Shown: piece by piece, positions 34,082 through 47,268 of the stretch | Layout: the number at the start of each line of letters is the position of its first letter | Numbering within the stretch: the first letter of the stretch is position 1 | Origin: Oopsacas minuta | Taxonomy: Eukaryota; Animalia; Porifera | DNA: 64,000 nucleotides | Assembly (NCBI GenBank): GCA_024704765.1 | Contig: JAKMXF010000324.1 | Coordinates: forward strand, 280,675 to 344,674 | Reading direction: 5' to 3' | Notes under the pieces: model-generated | Databases searched by the model: none | What the model was told of the DNA's origin: nothing | The model's input: only the letters and a program-made list of their open reading frames with translations | Program-made: the position numbers and the translations under genes

Positions 34082-34475
34082 AACAGAATATTCTTTCCAA
34101 TTTGTTGCAATAGAACAAATAGAAACATCCTTTTATATTCATTAAGCCTTATATTAAAGGTAAGGGTAACCAGATATTTGATATATACATTCCACTATAT
34201 TATGACAATTAGATAACAAATCTGCCTCGTACAATCGTCTCTTATAATTCAAATGTTTCTTCTTATAAATGATTTGCAATCATTTATAAGAAGAAACTAT
34301 GCTTAGTGATAATTAATCAGCTGATTCCACATTCTGTAATTGTATATATAATGCTCGAAGCTCAGATCGCACAAATGTAAAGATAATTCTGATATTTACA
34401 AAATCTAAAATCGATAATAAACATATTTAGCTATGAAATTGAGCATCTGCTCAGCTGTCTGGATAAATAATCCAA

Positions 34476-35114
34476 CTATGTATCGCTATCAGATGGTCTT
34501 GACATACGATCTGGTTTCTGAGGAGCAGCGAATAGCGTTATATTAGCTTGTGAATGAGGTTTTTCGGTATCAGTAGAAAATACAAAATTATTGGGAATAG
34601 AAAGCGGGTCTTTTCGGAGAGTTACGGTAACCGGGACGCATTGTTTTTCTTGTTGATAAAAGAGAGTAGGTTCGGATTCACGTGATATTCGGGTGGGTTG
34701 GAATATACCATCACTCCTAGAGCCTTTCTTAACCGTAGTTATACTTCCTAGTCTTTCAATTCCTTTCTCGAATTGATTGTTCCATTGAAATGCAATACTA
34801 CTGTCTGTCTCAGTTGTTACTTCTGTTATCTTCTTTCTAATTAATGATATAACTCCGTCTAGTTCATTATTTAATAATGTATCTGAATTCATCGATTTAT
34901 TTTTGTCCAATGCCTCAACTAATTTATTCATTTTCTCAGTTTTGTAATCATAATCTTTCTCGATTTGATCAATACGAGAGAGAAGGATACTCTCTCTGAG
35001 TTGTAGAGCTTCATGTGACTTCTTGAAGCAGTCTCTAATCTTCTTTCTACTCTCTTTTATCTGTTCATGGAAACTTAAACTTCGTGAAAATGAAATATTT
35101 CCTGCACTTATCAT
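34476..35114 (-). CDS. Second coiled-coil-only paralog, tandem with 33506-34081
   Basis: [27 protein letters not shown]...FQWNNQFE..IERLGS followed by a distinct 80-aa tail. Confidence 0.75.
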   Translation of the reverse strand: MISAGNISFSRSLSFHEQIKESRKKIRDCFKKSHEALQLRESILLSRIDQIEKDYDYKTEKMNKLVEALDKNKSMNSDTLLNNELDGVISLIRKKITEVTTETDSSIAFQWNNQFEKGIERLGSITTVKKGSRSDGIFQPTRISRESEPTLFYQQEKQCVPVTVTLRKDPLSIPNNFVFSTDTEKPHSQANITLFAAPQKPDRMSRPSDSDT

Positions 35115-35673
35115 TACTGAATATCCTCAATTTATTGCAATATGATAGGACATGTAGAAACAACCTTCTTATACATTAAACATGCTCCTATTATACAGTT
35201 GGTTAACCTGAAATTCGATACATATAGTAGCTCTGTTTTATGGGCAAAGTGAAACAGAGCTACTATATGTATCGAAGGACACTTACTACTTGTAACATTC
35301 ATTTATGCCAACCTCAAAGAGTGAGGACCATTACAGCTCCCCAAATTGTCGTTCTCTTTAGTAGTCCTCCCATTGAGTATACGCACCCCTTACAATATTT
35401 GCCTGAGTGTAGCCAACACCAACGAGATTCCGAATACGTAGCACATAAATGTATAGGTAAATATTGATTGATACAATGCAATGCTAATAATGCGTAGATA
35501 ATCAAAATAGACGTATAATTCTGATGTGTTAATAGAAGTAATGATAGAATATATTAGCTGATTGTTATGCTGCTTTGCTTTATTCTAACAGACACATACA
35601 AAATATATTATTACTAACCCCAGACTCTTCTAATAATTAATAATACTATCTCTCTCTCGCTTTGATTCTATAG

Positions 35674-38600
35674 CTATTTATGTGGTAGTCTTCTCTTCGC
35701 GGTTTTCATCACTCTCTTAGACATCTCACTGCTTGGTTGGCTAGATCCTATACTAAAGCTACCATAGGTTGGTGTTTGGGGTGTTGTGGGTGTTATCTGT
35801 CGGTTAGTCAGCTGGGTAGGTGGGAAGGGAAAAGCAGGAGTTTGTGGAGTACTGCCAGTAGCTGAGAATGTAAATCCAGGTTTCTGAGTGGGACTGAATA
35901 TGTTAGATGGTTTGAAAACGTTCATAACAGGATTTTGCGGCGGATCTTGATTAAACATGGATGGACCTGGCAGAACCTGGGACGAAAATGAGAAATTAGG
36001 TGTTTGTTGTTGTGGAGATGACTGATGTGGATGTTGGGAGAATAGAGAAGCAGAAGAACTGGGTTTATCTTGAGAAGAGAATAAATTACTTAAAATTTGC
36101 CCTTGATTAGTTGGGAAGATGGGTTTAGTAGAATTCTGAGGTTGTGAATTAGACTGGGACTTAGTTATACCACTGACAGAGGCCTGGAACGGTCCAGAAG
36201 GTTGTGACACGCCTTCGAACTGAAATAACTTCATTTTTTGTCCTGTACCATCGTCTGCGTGTATTTGTCTAGCTGTAGTACCGGAAGTAGGGTTATTGCC
36301 GCTGAATTGGAATGCTGATGGGATTTCTGTTTTATTGAAAAGAAACGAATTGCCAGTTAACCCTTGAATCCCAGGAAAGCTAATAGGATTCGGATTTGTA
36401 GTACCAAATTGTGTAGGAGCTGTCTGTACTGGAGGGAGTATTGGCTGTAGGGGATTAGCCTCTGATTTTAAAAAGTTGAATGGAGAGTTCGCCGGTACTG
36501 AGCTAGAACCTTTTATCGGGGTAGTTAGAGTTCCAATAAATGGTATAACTTCCATCGCTTCTTCTTCAACTGATTTTAACGGTGTTATAGGGAGAAGAGC
36601 GGGATTACTTCTTGGGGGAGATATGGGAGCCATTGATGCTGGTTGTAGAGATTGAGTAGGTTGTATGGGAGTTAGAGAACTTGTTGTTGTTGGAGCTTCT
36701 TCTTTAGTCAGGTGTGTTAGACTGAATGGGAGGGAAGTAGAGGCTAAAAGGGGAAATTAAGATAAATATAGAATCGTATTATCCATCCGAGATTTTGAGC
36801 TTTTAGGCGCGATACACAAATACATAGAACTCCCATTATATCGAACACGGATATATCTAAGTCTGAAATTGTACGAATCTGGTCCAAACAGTCAAAGTAA
36901 CACAAATCACATAGATTATATCGAAATAATTATCGCGGTCTCTTGAGCTTTGATATAACAGGAGTTGACTGACATAATTCCCTGATAGTAACTGGTCAAA
37001 TACAGAATGGAACTGATCGAAAAACTAACCAGACGGTTGAACTATAGCAATATCCTTAGCAGTAGCTGTAGTAGTAGTTGAGGTAATAACATTCGTATCA
37101 GCTGTAGATATTATAGGAGCTGTATTGATAGTAGATGGTGGTAGTATGCTGTTGATAGAGGTAGCAGTTATTGAAGGTAATGGTGGTGGTAATATAGGGA
37201 TGTTGATAAGATTTGGTTTGCTTTCTGTCTGTTTAGTATTGAAGGAGAAACCAGGAATATTCAAAGAACCTTGGAATAGAGAACTCCCTGACCTGTGAAT
37301 ATAATACGTATGTGATAATTAATAACATAATATGAGGGGTGAATCCATTGGAGACCCCTGGAACCTGTGGGAAGCATTTTTAAAGCGACTGAACATTTGT
37401 AAATTGCAAAGTGAAAATTTCAAAAAAATCGCGTACGTGTACCACTCAAAAGTTCTCCACTACGCCTACGGGATGTATTCTTGCATAAAGCACTTTGATT
37501 CTGCTATAATTAACCCTAACGGATAGGAATATCCTATTTACAGCTACTCATACATGGCCGGCGGAGCCGGTACAGCCATTGCCGGAACAATCAAAATTTG
37601 CTTCCGCCCGAGCCTGTCGTAATATGCAATCTCTTACTTACCCTAGCGAAGGATTCAAGTTGAATACAGTAGTAGTAGTAGCCTGGAGAATAGAGTCAAT
37701 AATTACACATTTCAAAATATACAAATATTTGTGTGCAGAAATGGTATCAAACCTTTTTCACTGAGGCGAGAGGATTAATTTGAGTATTTTCTGTTGTTTT
37801 TTGTTTTTTTGGAGGTGAGGGTAATGTTTGGCTGCCCGGCTTAGGAGTTTCACAAGCAAGACATTTGTTATCTGTCTGACTATTCTGAATCATACAAGTA
37901 TCACACTCCCATTTATCTGACTTCATGCGGAAACGATCCGCCAGTTCCTAAACACAAAGTGGGCCAGGAGTTAGTTGCTTTGAGATTATTGTACTCAATA
38001 AATGACGTCACCATTATGTAATTACCTTATCAGCTTCCACATGCATCTTAGCTTGGGAGTTACATTAATAGAGGCTGGTCTGTCGGCTGTACAAGCTACA
38101 CACTTTATATCATTAGATGTATTGTTAATCATGCATACTTCACACTCCCATGATCCAACAGGTGGACGAAACCTTTCAGCTAATTCCTACATAGTATAGA
38201 TATAAATATTCTACGTAGGGTAATTTCTAGGGTGTAACTAGCATTGAGGCAGAGAAGGCAGCTGTCTACTCGCTTTTTCTGGCGTTGCCTCATCTCCCTA
38301 TTGTAATCGCCACTATGATTAGGTAAATATCCATCCTTGCCCCCTCGCTCTGGGATCTCAAGTTACGCTCCAGAGTTTGTTTACATATTTAGAGAGCAAA
38401 ATATATTTTCACACTAATCAAGGTATTTCAGAGAATCGATCTGTTCTATATTAATATTATTTATCCATACACAGCCATATATTAGTCAAAATATTTTCTA
38501 CACATTCAATGAATAATTTCTTCCTCGACAACCTACCAACAGACACTCCTTGTCTCTTACTATGGTCTAACAGTAGCAGTACCCAACACCAGATAGAAAC

Positions 38601-41600
38601 GATTACACAAATAAGATCACATCTACAACACACAGATCTACTAATACTCGAACACACAGATAGACTGCTACTCGTACAACACACACAATCCTCATATAAC
38701 AGCGTAATACTCGGAGCTATACCCCCACATATGACTAATATAGAATTGAATCTGTTAGCTGAAATAGCAAGGATTATAGAACCAGCTGGAAAATTGTTTC
38801 TAAAACAAATAATAACGAATGGCTCCGTGCAGGGATTATTGACACACGAGAGGATAATATCTCAACTGAAGCTAGCAGGATTTATTGATATAGATTGTAA
38901 TGTTAAAGAAATGGATCATGACGACAAGGTTTTAGCTGTGGAATGTGCTGTGAAAATACAGATGGAGTTAGGTGATAAAATCGATCAGATACAGTATATA
39001 GAGGTAGAGTTTTCAGGAAATGTTATGACAAATGGTCCCTATATGATTATTATAAATTTAACCATGGATGGGGATTTAGCTTATGTAATATACAAATTTA
39101 TATTTCTCCGTCCGACCAAGCGAAGAGTTCCTCGAAATGCCTAGAACAACATCCAGCGGGTATAGCCACTAATTCAGGATAATCTCCACTTTAAGCTAGG
39201 AGTGCTTCAATATAACCCAGGGCAAGCAGATAAACTAAACCCACCATCCATGGTTATACAAGTAGGGAAACCATTTTCGTTATAATTGATCGAATTGACT
39301 ATCAACTTATGGTATAGATAGTCGCTAAGAAACCGAATTATGAGATTGGTGCGAGTACAAAACTCTCATTCTTTACAGCACAGTCTAACTCAAATAAAGG
39401 AGCAAACAATAATATAGCTGCTGTATGGAGATTAGATGCTTCTGAGCTTAATGAAGATGATCTTATTAATCCTGATGATCTACTCGACCCAAGTGACCTC
39501 ATTAAACCTGATCCAGCTAGTCTCAAGGTAATCATAAGCGGCTATATTCAATGTGTTATGTGTGATTGTTCTCTACACCAAATTACCGTACATATTTCTA
39601 ACTACGTACAGTCAACTTCCACTGTCTGTCACTTTGACGGTTTGGTATCATATTATGTACAATTTCAGACTTCGTTATAATTGAAGCTGGCTGTTTATTA
39701 TCTAGGTTGCATGTGACCCTACCAAGAAAAAGCGAGCCTGCAAGAACTGTACATGCGGTCTAGCAGAGGAGATAGACGGACGCCCACAGCCTGTAGTAAA
39801 GTCAGCCTGTGGTAGCTGCTATCTCGGAGATGCATTCAGATGTGCTTCATGTCCATACACAGGACTACCTCCATTCAAACAAGGAGAACAGGTTAAAATC
39901 AGTGCGAAGCTATTGGAGCCAGATATATAGACACTTGGTATTATCTTAGTAGTAATTATGCATGAATATTTTGAAAAATATACAATTTTGATAGGAAATA
40001 TGGGAAATTTCCGTGAATCCTATCAACAAACCTTGTCTACTGTTACAGCAGGAATAGTTGGAGTAGAATCGCTAAAAATAATTGAAAATAATACACATTG
40101 AAATAATATTGAATATTATATATATTAAACCTACCTGTCATTCTTAGCAGTAGTATTAGATTGTGTTGAATTCGTTGGTGTTACCTGTAGGACAATAAAG
40201 GAGTCATATTAATTTCCTATTAAGTATTCATCGTGTATCTAACTCACATTATCATCTTTAGATTCTACGATTTCTTGAGCTGTTCTAGAAAATACGAAAT
40301 ATTTATAACATGAAGTCTGTATCTGCTATTTCCACAATAGAATATAACAATAACAATAACAATAATACAAATATTACACTTAACATCCGAACATTCGGTC
40401 AGTTGACTACATATTAGGATTTGCCTGGTGGCGTAGCCAGCCTTGGGCAGTAGAATATTCACATATATTCTCGCACCTTGATTAATGAGCAATGATAGGG
40501 AAAGATAATCATACAGGAATAGAATACATTATCACTTCGTCTAATCATGTTTTTTCGACTTCCTAATTTCACCATAACCAATTTTGGTTTTACTGTCAGT
40601 ATCGGATCCCTCTTTCAAACCAAATTTTAATTACTTATAATACAATCCTAATTCGTATAACACTCGGATAGTATGTTCTAATATTATTTCTCGAAGGTGT
40701 ACGTATTATCCGAGTTCCACTGTATCTATGTGATAAGTATAAATACAATATTTACCCTAAACTTGGGCTACTTTGGCCCACTGGGTTTGCTTTAGCCCAA
40801 ATATTGAAATTTCCTTACGTGTCGAATAGATATTGTATTTGTATTAGAAATTGTCTACCAATATTAGAAAATTCGTTAAAAATTTGGCTAGTCATATTCA
40901 AGTATAATACTGAATCTAATCTAGTTTCTTTGAAACTTTGATATTTGGGCTAAAGCAAACCCAGTGGGCCAAAGTAGCCCCAGTTTACGGTAATGTAAGA
41001 CCGTGATACACTAGTGTGGTAGTAACTTTATTTTAATGGTGGTGATATAGAGAAGTGTAGTAAAATCGAAACTGAAAGGGCCTCGTAGTTTAAGAGCATA
41101 CAACTTTAAGTTCTACAGCAGGTCGTACCTATTTTTATGGTAAACTCATATCTCATATTTAGGTCAACTTATCATACACCCACTCGATGCTGTCTTAGAG
41201 CAGTGGTTCTCAACCTGGGGTCCGCGACCCCATAAAATGGACCAAAGATGTCCGCGGAAGCAAAAGGTTGAGAACCAATGTCGTAGTTATTCTTATTGAA
41301 GAAACTCAGAGTTTTCTTGTACTAATTATACACGCGGCTCCAGCTGTTGAGCAGTTAACTAGGGACTAGTTGATGTATGATACAAGTAAAATAGGTACAA
41401 GTTGATTAGCAATCTTTCTGTTGAGTCTACAACTTTGAGGAAGTAATAATGTTACTATATCAAATGTCATTGCATATATGCTCAGTACTTAAGTAATTGG
41501 ACCTCTTCTTACAGCTATAAATAGTATATTACAATATTAATATAGTTAAAAGAAACTTATATATTCCAATTGTATCAAATAGCTAGCAAACAAACAAAAT

Positions 41601-44600
41601 TCCCTGAACAGATAAAAGAGAGTAGAAGGAAGATTAGAGACTGCTTCAAGAGGTCGCATGAAGCTCTACAACTCAGAGAGAGTATCCTCCTCTCTCATAT
41701 CGATGAAATCGAGAAAGACTATAATATCAAAAATCAGGAAATGCAGGAGTTACTGGAAGCTTTGAGTAAATCAAAATCGTTATTACAGACACTCTGACTT
41801 CTAATAAACTTAAAACCACTCATCAAGGAATAGAATCACTAATAAATAAACAGATCGAGGAACTAACAGTCGACACAGACAGTAGTATTGCATTTGAATG
41901 GAACAATCAATTCGAGACTAACATAGAACAGCTAGGGAGTATTAAGCTTAATAGTCAGACTATCATATCTCCCAACCACACCTTCCCTCCTCAAGTGAAG
42001 CCTGTTGTACCTGACTACAAGGCTAAACAGCTGCCTACTGCTTACTGCTGTAATCATTCAAACAAGAAAGTTCCAGGAGAATTGAACTATCCCAGAGGTA
42101 TAGCAATACATTACCAAACTGGAAATATTTACATAGCGGATCGTGACAACAATCGTGTGCAAGTATTTACCAGTAACGGTGACTATCTCTTCATGTTCAG
42201 TGAGAATATGTATGGACCAGTAGGTATCTGTATATCTCAGAGTAAAGTGTTTGTTACACAATATCTTGGTCATTGCATTAATAAGTACGAGCTAGAAGGG
42301 AAACTAATCAAGAGTGTAGGTAGTTATGGGAATGGAGAAGCTCAGTTGGACGTTCCACTGGGTCTAGATGTCTCCGATAGAAATAGCAACGTATATGTAT
42401 GTGATTTTCTGAATAATCGAGTTCAAATATTTAGTCAAGAACTCAAGTTCCATTCCATACTAGAAATAGACTTGTTTAACCATCCACGTGACGTTAAGGT
42501 TACAAGAGACAGAGTATTGGTGCTAGATATGAGTGATCCGTGTATGTTTGTGTTCAATTCAGATCACGTTCTAACCAGTAGACTGATAACTAGCGGTGAT
42601 GGTGAACAAACAAAGCTTCCATTACGTTTCGACATAGACAGAGACCATAACATCATTATGAGTGACTACAATAATCACTGTGTGTACATATTCAATCAGG
42701 AAGGAGAACAGATACACAAGTTTGGGAAGAAAGGTCAGGGTATCGGGGAGTTCTATCATCCCGGTGGAATAGCACTAAACAACACAGGACACATTATAGT
42801 TGTGTGTTCGAAGAATACTAATTGTCTACAATTCTTTTAGGGAACTGACTCAATAGTCAGTATTATTATTTAATATATAGAATACATGTCTTGTGTTGTA
42901 ACTTACTTAGTCAGATTAGCTGAAACTGTGTTTGAAAATATAAACTGTCCCTACATAGAACACATAATAAACCAATAAACCATCTTAATGAATATATTAT
43001 TTCTCTAAATTTAGCAAACTCACATCAAACGATTGTTCAGTTATAGATTTATTCTTGAGGGAGATAGGATTTGAAAAGCTAAATTCTGGGTACAACTAAC
43101 GAATATAGAAAAGACATCAAATTTTATACAAAAAAATCTCAAATGTTCTTATAAGCGATACGGATACCCAACTCCTAACCTCCTGTATATTCCGTAATTC
43201 TTGTTCAGCGTTTATTCTAGAAAAATTCGTATAAGTAATAGCAATAATTAACACTTAATACGAATTAATGATACCTGTCATAATGCTTCTTTACAGCTAT
43301 ATCTATTGAATTCTATACGAAACATGGCTGTATGTATTAATATTGAATCGGTATTATTTCGCTAACAGTTTGTGGCTACGTATTCAAACTAATTACAACA
43401 CCCTCATGGTTTCTCAACCCGTTGCCAAATGACCAAAATTTGCCATAATGTACATATAAATATTTACGTCATTTTTAGTCAAGTTGAAGCTCTGAGGCCA
43501 ATTTCAAGATGCCTGCTCAAACTTGCATAGTCAACTCCACTATATCGTAGTCTAATTGCACAACTATACTCCTAAACCGTGAAAGTAACCTATAATTCAT
43601 TGGTTTTGTAGAATTAATTATCTTGGTCAATAGAGCTTCGATATTAACGGGGGATTTACTGTTGGTTCGTAACTCATTTAGATTTTTGGAAAATCTGTAG
43701 TATATCACAACATACTTGTCGTTCTATAATATTATCCTTTTCACTCTTTTGTTTCCTAAAAGAATAACAAAATCAACAACTATAAGGGAATAATTCTTTT
43801 CAAACATTTCTTCGTCGTCTCTTTGAAGGAAAGTACATTTCTTACATTTTTCTCATCTCCACTTCCTATTTTATAAAGAAGGCATAAAATACCAGCAAAA
43901 TGTATATTATTAATTGACTAACCTTTAAGATAGAATCTCTCATATCGAATAATTTCCTTCTCTTAGAAGGCTATATTGAAATTAACAAAGGTTAACAAAT
44001 ATTATATATTTATTTAATACGAAAAAGCTTAACCATACTGGTATCGGGAAAAGAGGAGATTCTCTGATTGGTATCTTCTTAATATCCTACATTGGAAATA
44101 TACAGAAATATATTTTCTGGATTTTTCGGGTGGAATAAAAAAAACCGCGAATCCTGGGAAATTTGCAAACGAGAGAGATTGATAAACATGAATACAGTAC
44201 GTAGATTCTTGCGTCGTGGAGTATTTTAAGGAAATTCATAAACAAATAGAATACATACTGTGAGAGGAGATGAGAATTCTGCAATAGCATCCTTCATCAT
44301 AGATCTAGCTTCAGGCGTAATTACATTGTGAGCTGGAAATATATATTATAATCAATTACAGTCAACTCATGTTATATCGAAGCTCAAGGGGCCGTGGTAA
44401 TCACTTCGGTATAACCGATGAAAATAACTCACTTGAACGTTTACTGGGTGGTGTCCTAATACTGAATATAGAAGACTAAAATGAACAAAATAAATACTAA
44501 CAATTCGTACACAAATAGCTATTGCTTACAGGAGATTTGCTCTCCTTAGATATAATAGAAGAATCTGAAGTAGCAGAGAGACAAGCCTTCACTTCCTTAA

Positions 44601-44660
44601 CGCTGCGAAAATTAGCTCGACATGAGCAGTAAGGATTTATTCTTCCAACTACACCTGCCT
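35674..44660 (-). CDS. NUP153: Nucleoporin NUP153 (many small exons; 5' limit approximate), host for two nested genes
   Basis: N-terminal motif [18 protein letters not shown]|DIKKIP (44335-44259, 44086-44039); F.FS exons (43077-43022, 42950-42907); exons at 40.0-40.3 kb; two RanBP2 zinc fingers ([15 protein letters not shown] from 38186; [15 protein letters not shown] from 37947); FxF/FG-rich tail ending RVMKTAKRR. Confidence 0.85.
36823..36971. mobile_element. MITE family A in the last NUP153 intron
   Basis: CATAGAACTCCCATTATATCGAA...TTTGATATAACAGGAGTTGACTG. Confidence 0.75.
38230..38371. mobile_element. MITE family E (TIR GGGCGTAACTAG)
   Basis: Homologous along its length to 51738-51878. 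Confidence 0.75.
38509..39930 (+). CDS. CIAPIN1: Anamorsin (Dre2); 3 exons (38509-39003, 39318-39527, 39706-39930)
   Basis: [64 protein letters not shown]. All junctions are phase 0. Confidence 0.95.
39059..39256. mobile_element. MITE family F (TIR TAACCATGGATGG) in CIAPIN1 intron 1
   Basis: TAACCATGGATGG...CCATCCATGGTTA; solo ends also near 30221, 54007, 54097 and 55068. Confidence 0.7.
40755..40990. mobile_element. MITE family C, second copy
   Basis: Reverse complement of 25783-26022, TA-flanked, with few differences. Confidence 0.88.
41201..41280. mobile_element. hAT/Charlie-like MITE
   Basis: CAGTGGTTCTCAACCT...AGGTTGAGAACCAATG. Related degenerate copies near 7590, 18710, 23600, 48780, 51030 and 56190. 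Confidence 0.75.
41579..42840 (+). pseudogene. Coiled-coil + NHL copy 3; ATA in place of ATG plus a 1-nt deletion (may be assembly error)
   Basis: aaATAGCTAGC versus aaATGGCTAGC in copy 1; ATCGTTATT versus ATCGTTTATT at about 41780. The propeller ORF 41995-42840 is intact. Confidence 0.6.
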
Positions 44661-44986
44661 AAACAATATATTATCATATAAATACCAATCACCTGATAAT
44701 GTCGAGTCTTTGGCAAAAATGGGAAACCTGACCTTGGGTAATTGATAGCACAAATGTTCTATCCGAATTAAATTTTAATAATATAAGCAAAATGAACTAA
44801 ATATGAAATACAATTGACTCCACTGGATTAAGACACATATCCGTCGTCAAAATTACTCGAATTACTTTGTATTATCTCTCAATACTGAACCTAATTCCTA
44901 CCCGTATATGTGCAATTTCCATGCTTTTATTATTATCAAAATACTATCAATTGGATAATAGTAATAGCTTTCTAGTCTATAGCAGT

Positions 44987-45793
44987 ATGCAGCGTGTATT
45001 CAGGTTCTATTCTCGTATACGTTCTCCCCATCATCATATCACACTGATACGACGGATAACAACATTATCACGTACATCTGCTATACGTCTTTTTCCCATA
45101 TATCTCTCATATATCAGGCTACAGAGTAGAAGCATGTTTATACAGACATTTGATACTCCTAATCCAAACAGCCTAAAGTTCACACCAGGAGTTCAAGTTC
45201 TCCCTGAAAGCTTTGAGCAAGGTACATTATCATTTTCTAACAGGAGAGAGGCATATGCTAGCCCGTTAGCGAGACAACTATTCGCACTCTCAGGGGTAAC
45301 ATCGATCCTACTGGGCTCTGATTTCGTCACGGTTACGAAAAACGAGGATCAAGAATGGCCAGAAATGAAACCAGATATATACTGTGTAATTATGGATTTT
45401 TTCATAGCAGGACTTCCTACTGTAGAAGTAGAAAAGCTGAAAGCTTTAGAAGAAGACAGAGAAACAGAAGGAAATGAAGACGAAACAGTCCTTATGATAA
45501 AAGAAATATTAAACACACGTATACGACCTACAGTACAAGAAGATGGTGGAGATATCGTATTTAAAGGTTTTGAGAATGGAATAGTAAGGTTGAAACTACG
45601 TGGTGCTTGTGAGAGTTGTCCGAGTTCTGTTGTAACGCTTAAACATGGCATCCAGAATATGCTACAATTCTATGTAAAAGAGGTAGTATCTGTAGAGGAA
45701 GTTACTGATGAGGAAGATACAATGAATGAGAAAGTATTCAAACAATTAGAGCAACAGTTAGGTGATAATAATAATGAAAATAATAAGATTTGA
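44987..45793 (+). CDS. NFU1: Mitochondrial Fe-S scaffold NFU1, intronless
   Basis: Arg-rich presequence, [38 protein letters not shown] (CxxC). Start codon choice (44987 or upstream) is uncertain. Confidence 0.95.
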   Translation: MQRVFRFYSRIRSPHHHITLIRRITTLSRTSAIRLFPIYLSYIRLQSRSMFIQTFDTPNPNSLKFTPGVQVLPESFEQGTLSFSNRREAYASPLARQLFALSGVTSILLGSDFVTVTKNEDQEWPEMKPDIYCVIMDFFIAGLPTVEVEKLKALEEDRETEGNEDETVLMIKEILNTRIRPTVQEDGGDIVFKGFENGIVRLKLRGACESCPSSVVTLKHGIQNMLQFYVKEVVSVEEVTDEEDTMNEKVFKQLEQQLGDNNNENNKI

Positions 45794-46050
45794 ATTATAT
45801 TTAAAATCTGTTATAATAAATGCTGAATGGAGAAAACAAATCTGTATAGCGATACTACAAATATATTTATTTGATATGCTATGCTTTCGGCAGTTTTTAG
45901 CTTTTTGAGCGTTTACAAAGATCAAATCCTATAGTGTGTAATTTTAATATCCTCAAGTAATATAGCAAATAATTAAGTCAATAACAATACAGCATACGTA
46001 GGCCTAACATGAAATATCAGAGGGGGTATTAGAGCATATCTTAACCGTTA

Positions 46051-46523
46051 CTAAACCAGCTGGAAATAGAACGTAACGCACGCTTCACGCATGTCTTGGT
46101 CGATTATCCTAAGTTGCCCACGATATTGTCCAGGATCAGAATTATTAGGAATATCATGAACTAGTCCACACTATGCTCTCCTGGAGTTATAGGCAGCTGA
46201 TAGGGAATAGCTTTGGATATAGAATAGCTTTTATCATACAACTCTCCTATTACAGTAGTATTGTGTATTATCCATAAATCTAAAGGAGCTGTCCCGCTAA
46301 GTATTATATGCTCAACAGATAAAGTCAATGTCAATGTCATGTCCTGGCCAATTACAATTGGGTTAGGATATACATAAACGTCATCCACAGTTTTTCTATC
46401 ACCAGAAACTACGCATTGGCCCCAATGATGATTGGATTCGTCAGAAACGTGTGTGGGGAAACAGCTGACTACTTGAGGTAGTAGGAATATAAGGAAAAGG
46501 TTGGGAAGAATGTATACTTTCAT
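46051..46523 (-). CDS. Secreted ML (MD-2/NPC2/GM2A-like) lipid-binding protein, with a 1-nt deletion at about 46166
   Basis: Signal peptide, WGQC, V.VYPNPIVIG, LPITPG. Adding one G continues as GLVHDIPNNSDPGQYRGQLRIIDQDMREACVTFYFQLV*, a typical ML C-terminus. Confidence 0.75.
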
Positions 46524-47027
46524 TTAGCGATTGATTTAGTTCAATATATTCATAAATACGTGTATTAATAGATTTGTACACAAAAATGTGATTATGAAGA
46601 AGAAATAAATACGTTCGGAAACCCAAATTAACCCCCGTGGGGGGAACTGTTAACTCCTTAACATATTCAAAATTTTATAATATTTGAATATCGAAAATAT
46701 TTCTACAGAATCAGGTGGATAAGTATAAGATATACATTAATATTAAATAGAGCTTACAGCTTGCATCCTTCTGAGAGGAAAAGCGAGTGGAGATACAGAT
46801 GGTGGTCTGTTAGGCATTCTACACCTACACTAATTATTAATAATACAGCTATAGACATTACAGGTAGTATGTGTAACGAAATACATGTATAATTGAATAT
46901 ACTCCTAAACCGGATAAGCTAAGCTGTCTTTATTTCTGGGAAAACAACGTATTGACATATGTCTCTGTCTATAGCATTAATTCAAAAGGTTATAAATATC
47001 CTTTTGATACTAACTGTTTCTAAGGAG

Positions 47028-47159
47028 CAGTGATTCCCAACCTTTGTTCCTAGGACCATTGGTTGTCCACAGAGGACATGCCACAGGGGTGTATAGGATC
47101 TCGAAATTTGTGTTACAGTCTTTGAGGGGATCCACGGGTGAAAAGGTTGGGAACCACTA
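47028..47159. mobile_element. hAT/Charlie-like MITE
   Basis: CAGTGATTCCCAACCTTT...AAAAGGTTGGGAACCACTA. Confidence 0.75.
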
Positions 47160-47268
47160 CTATAGAGTATAATAGCCAAATCAGACAGCTGATAGAATAT
47201 GTGTATTTTAAGAGACAAATTTGCTTCAAGAACGATAAAGAAATGATAAAAAGAACAACAATAAACAT

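Noticed and set aside
38509-45793. Functional Fe-S cluster (CIAPIN1 + NFU1)
   Set aside because: Different compartments and pathways, separated by NUP153 exons; two genes are within chance at this density.
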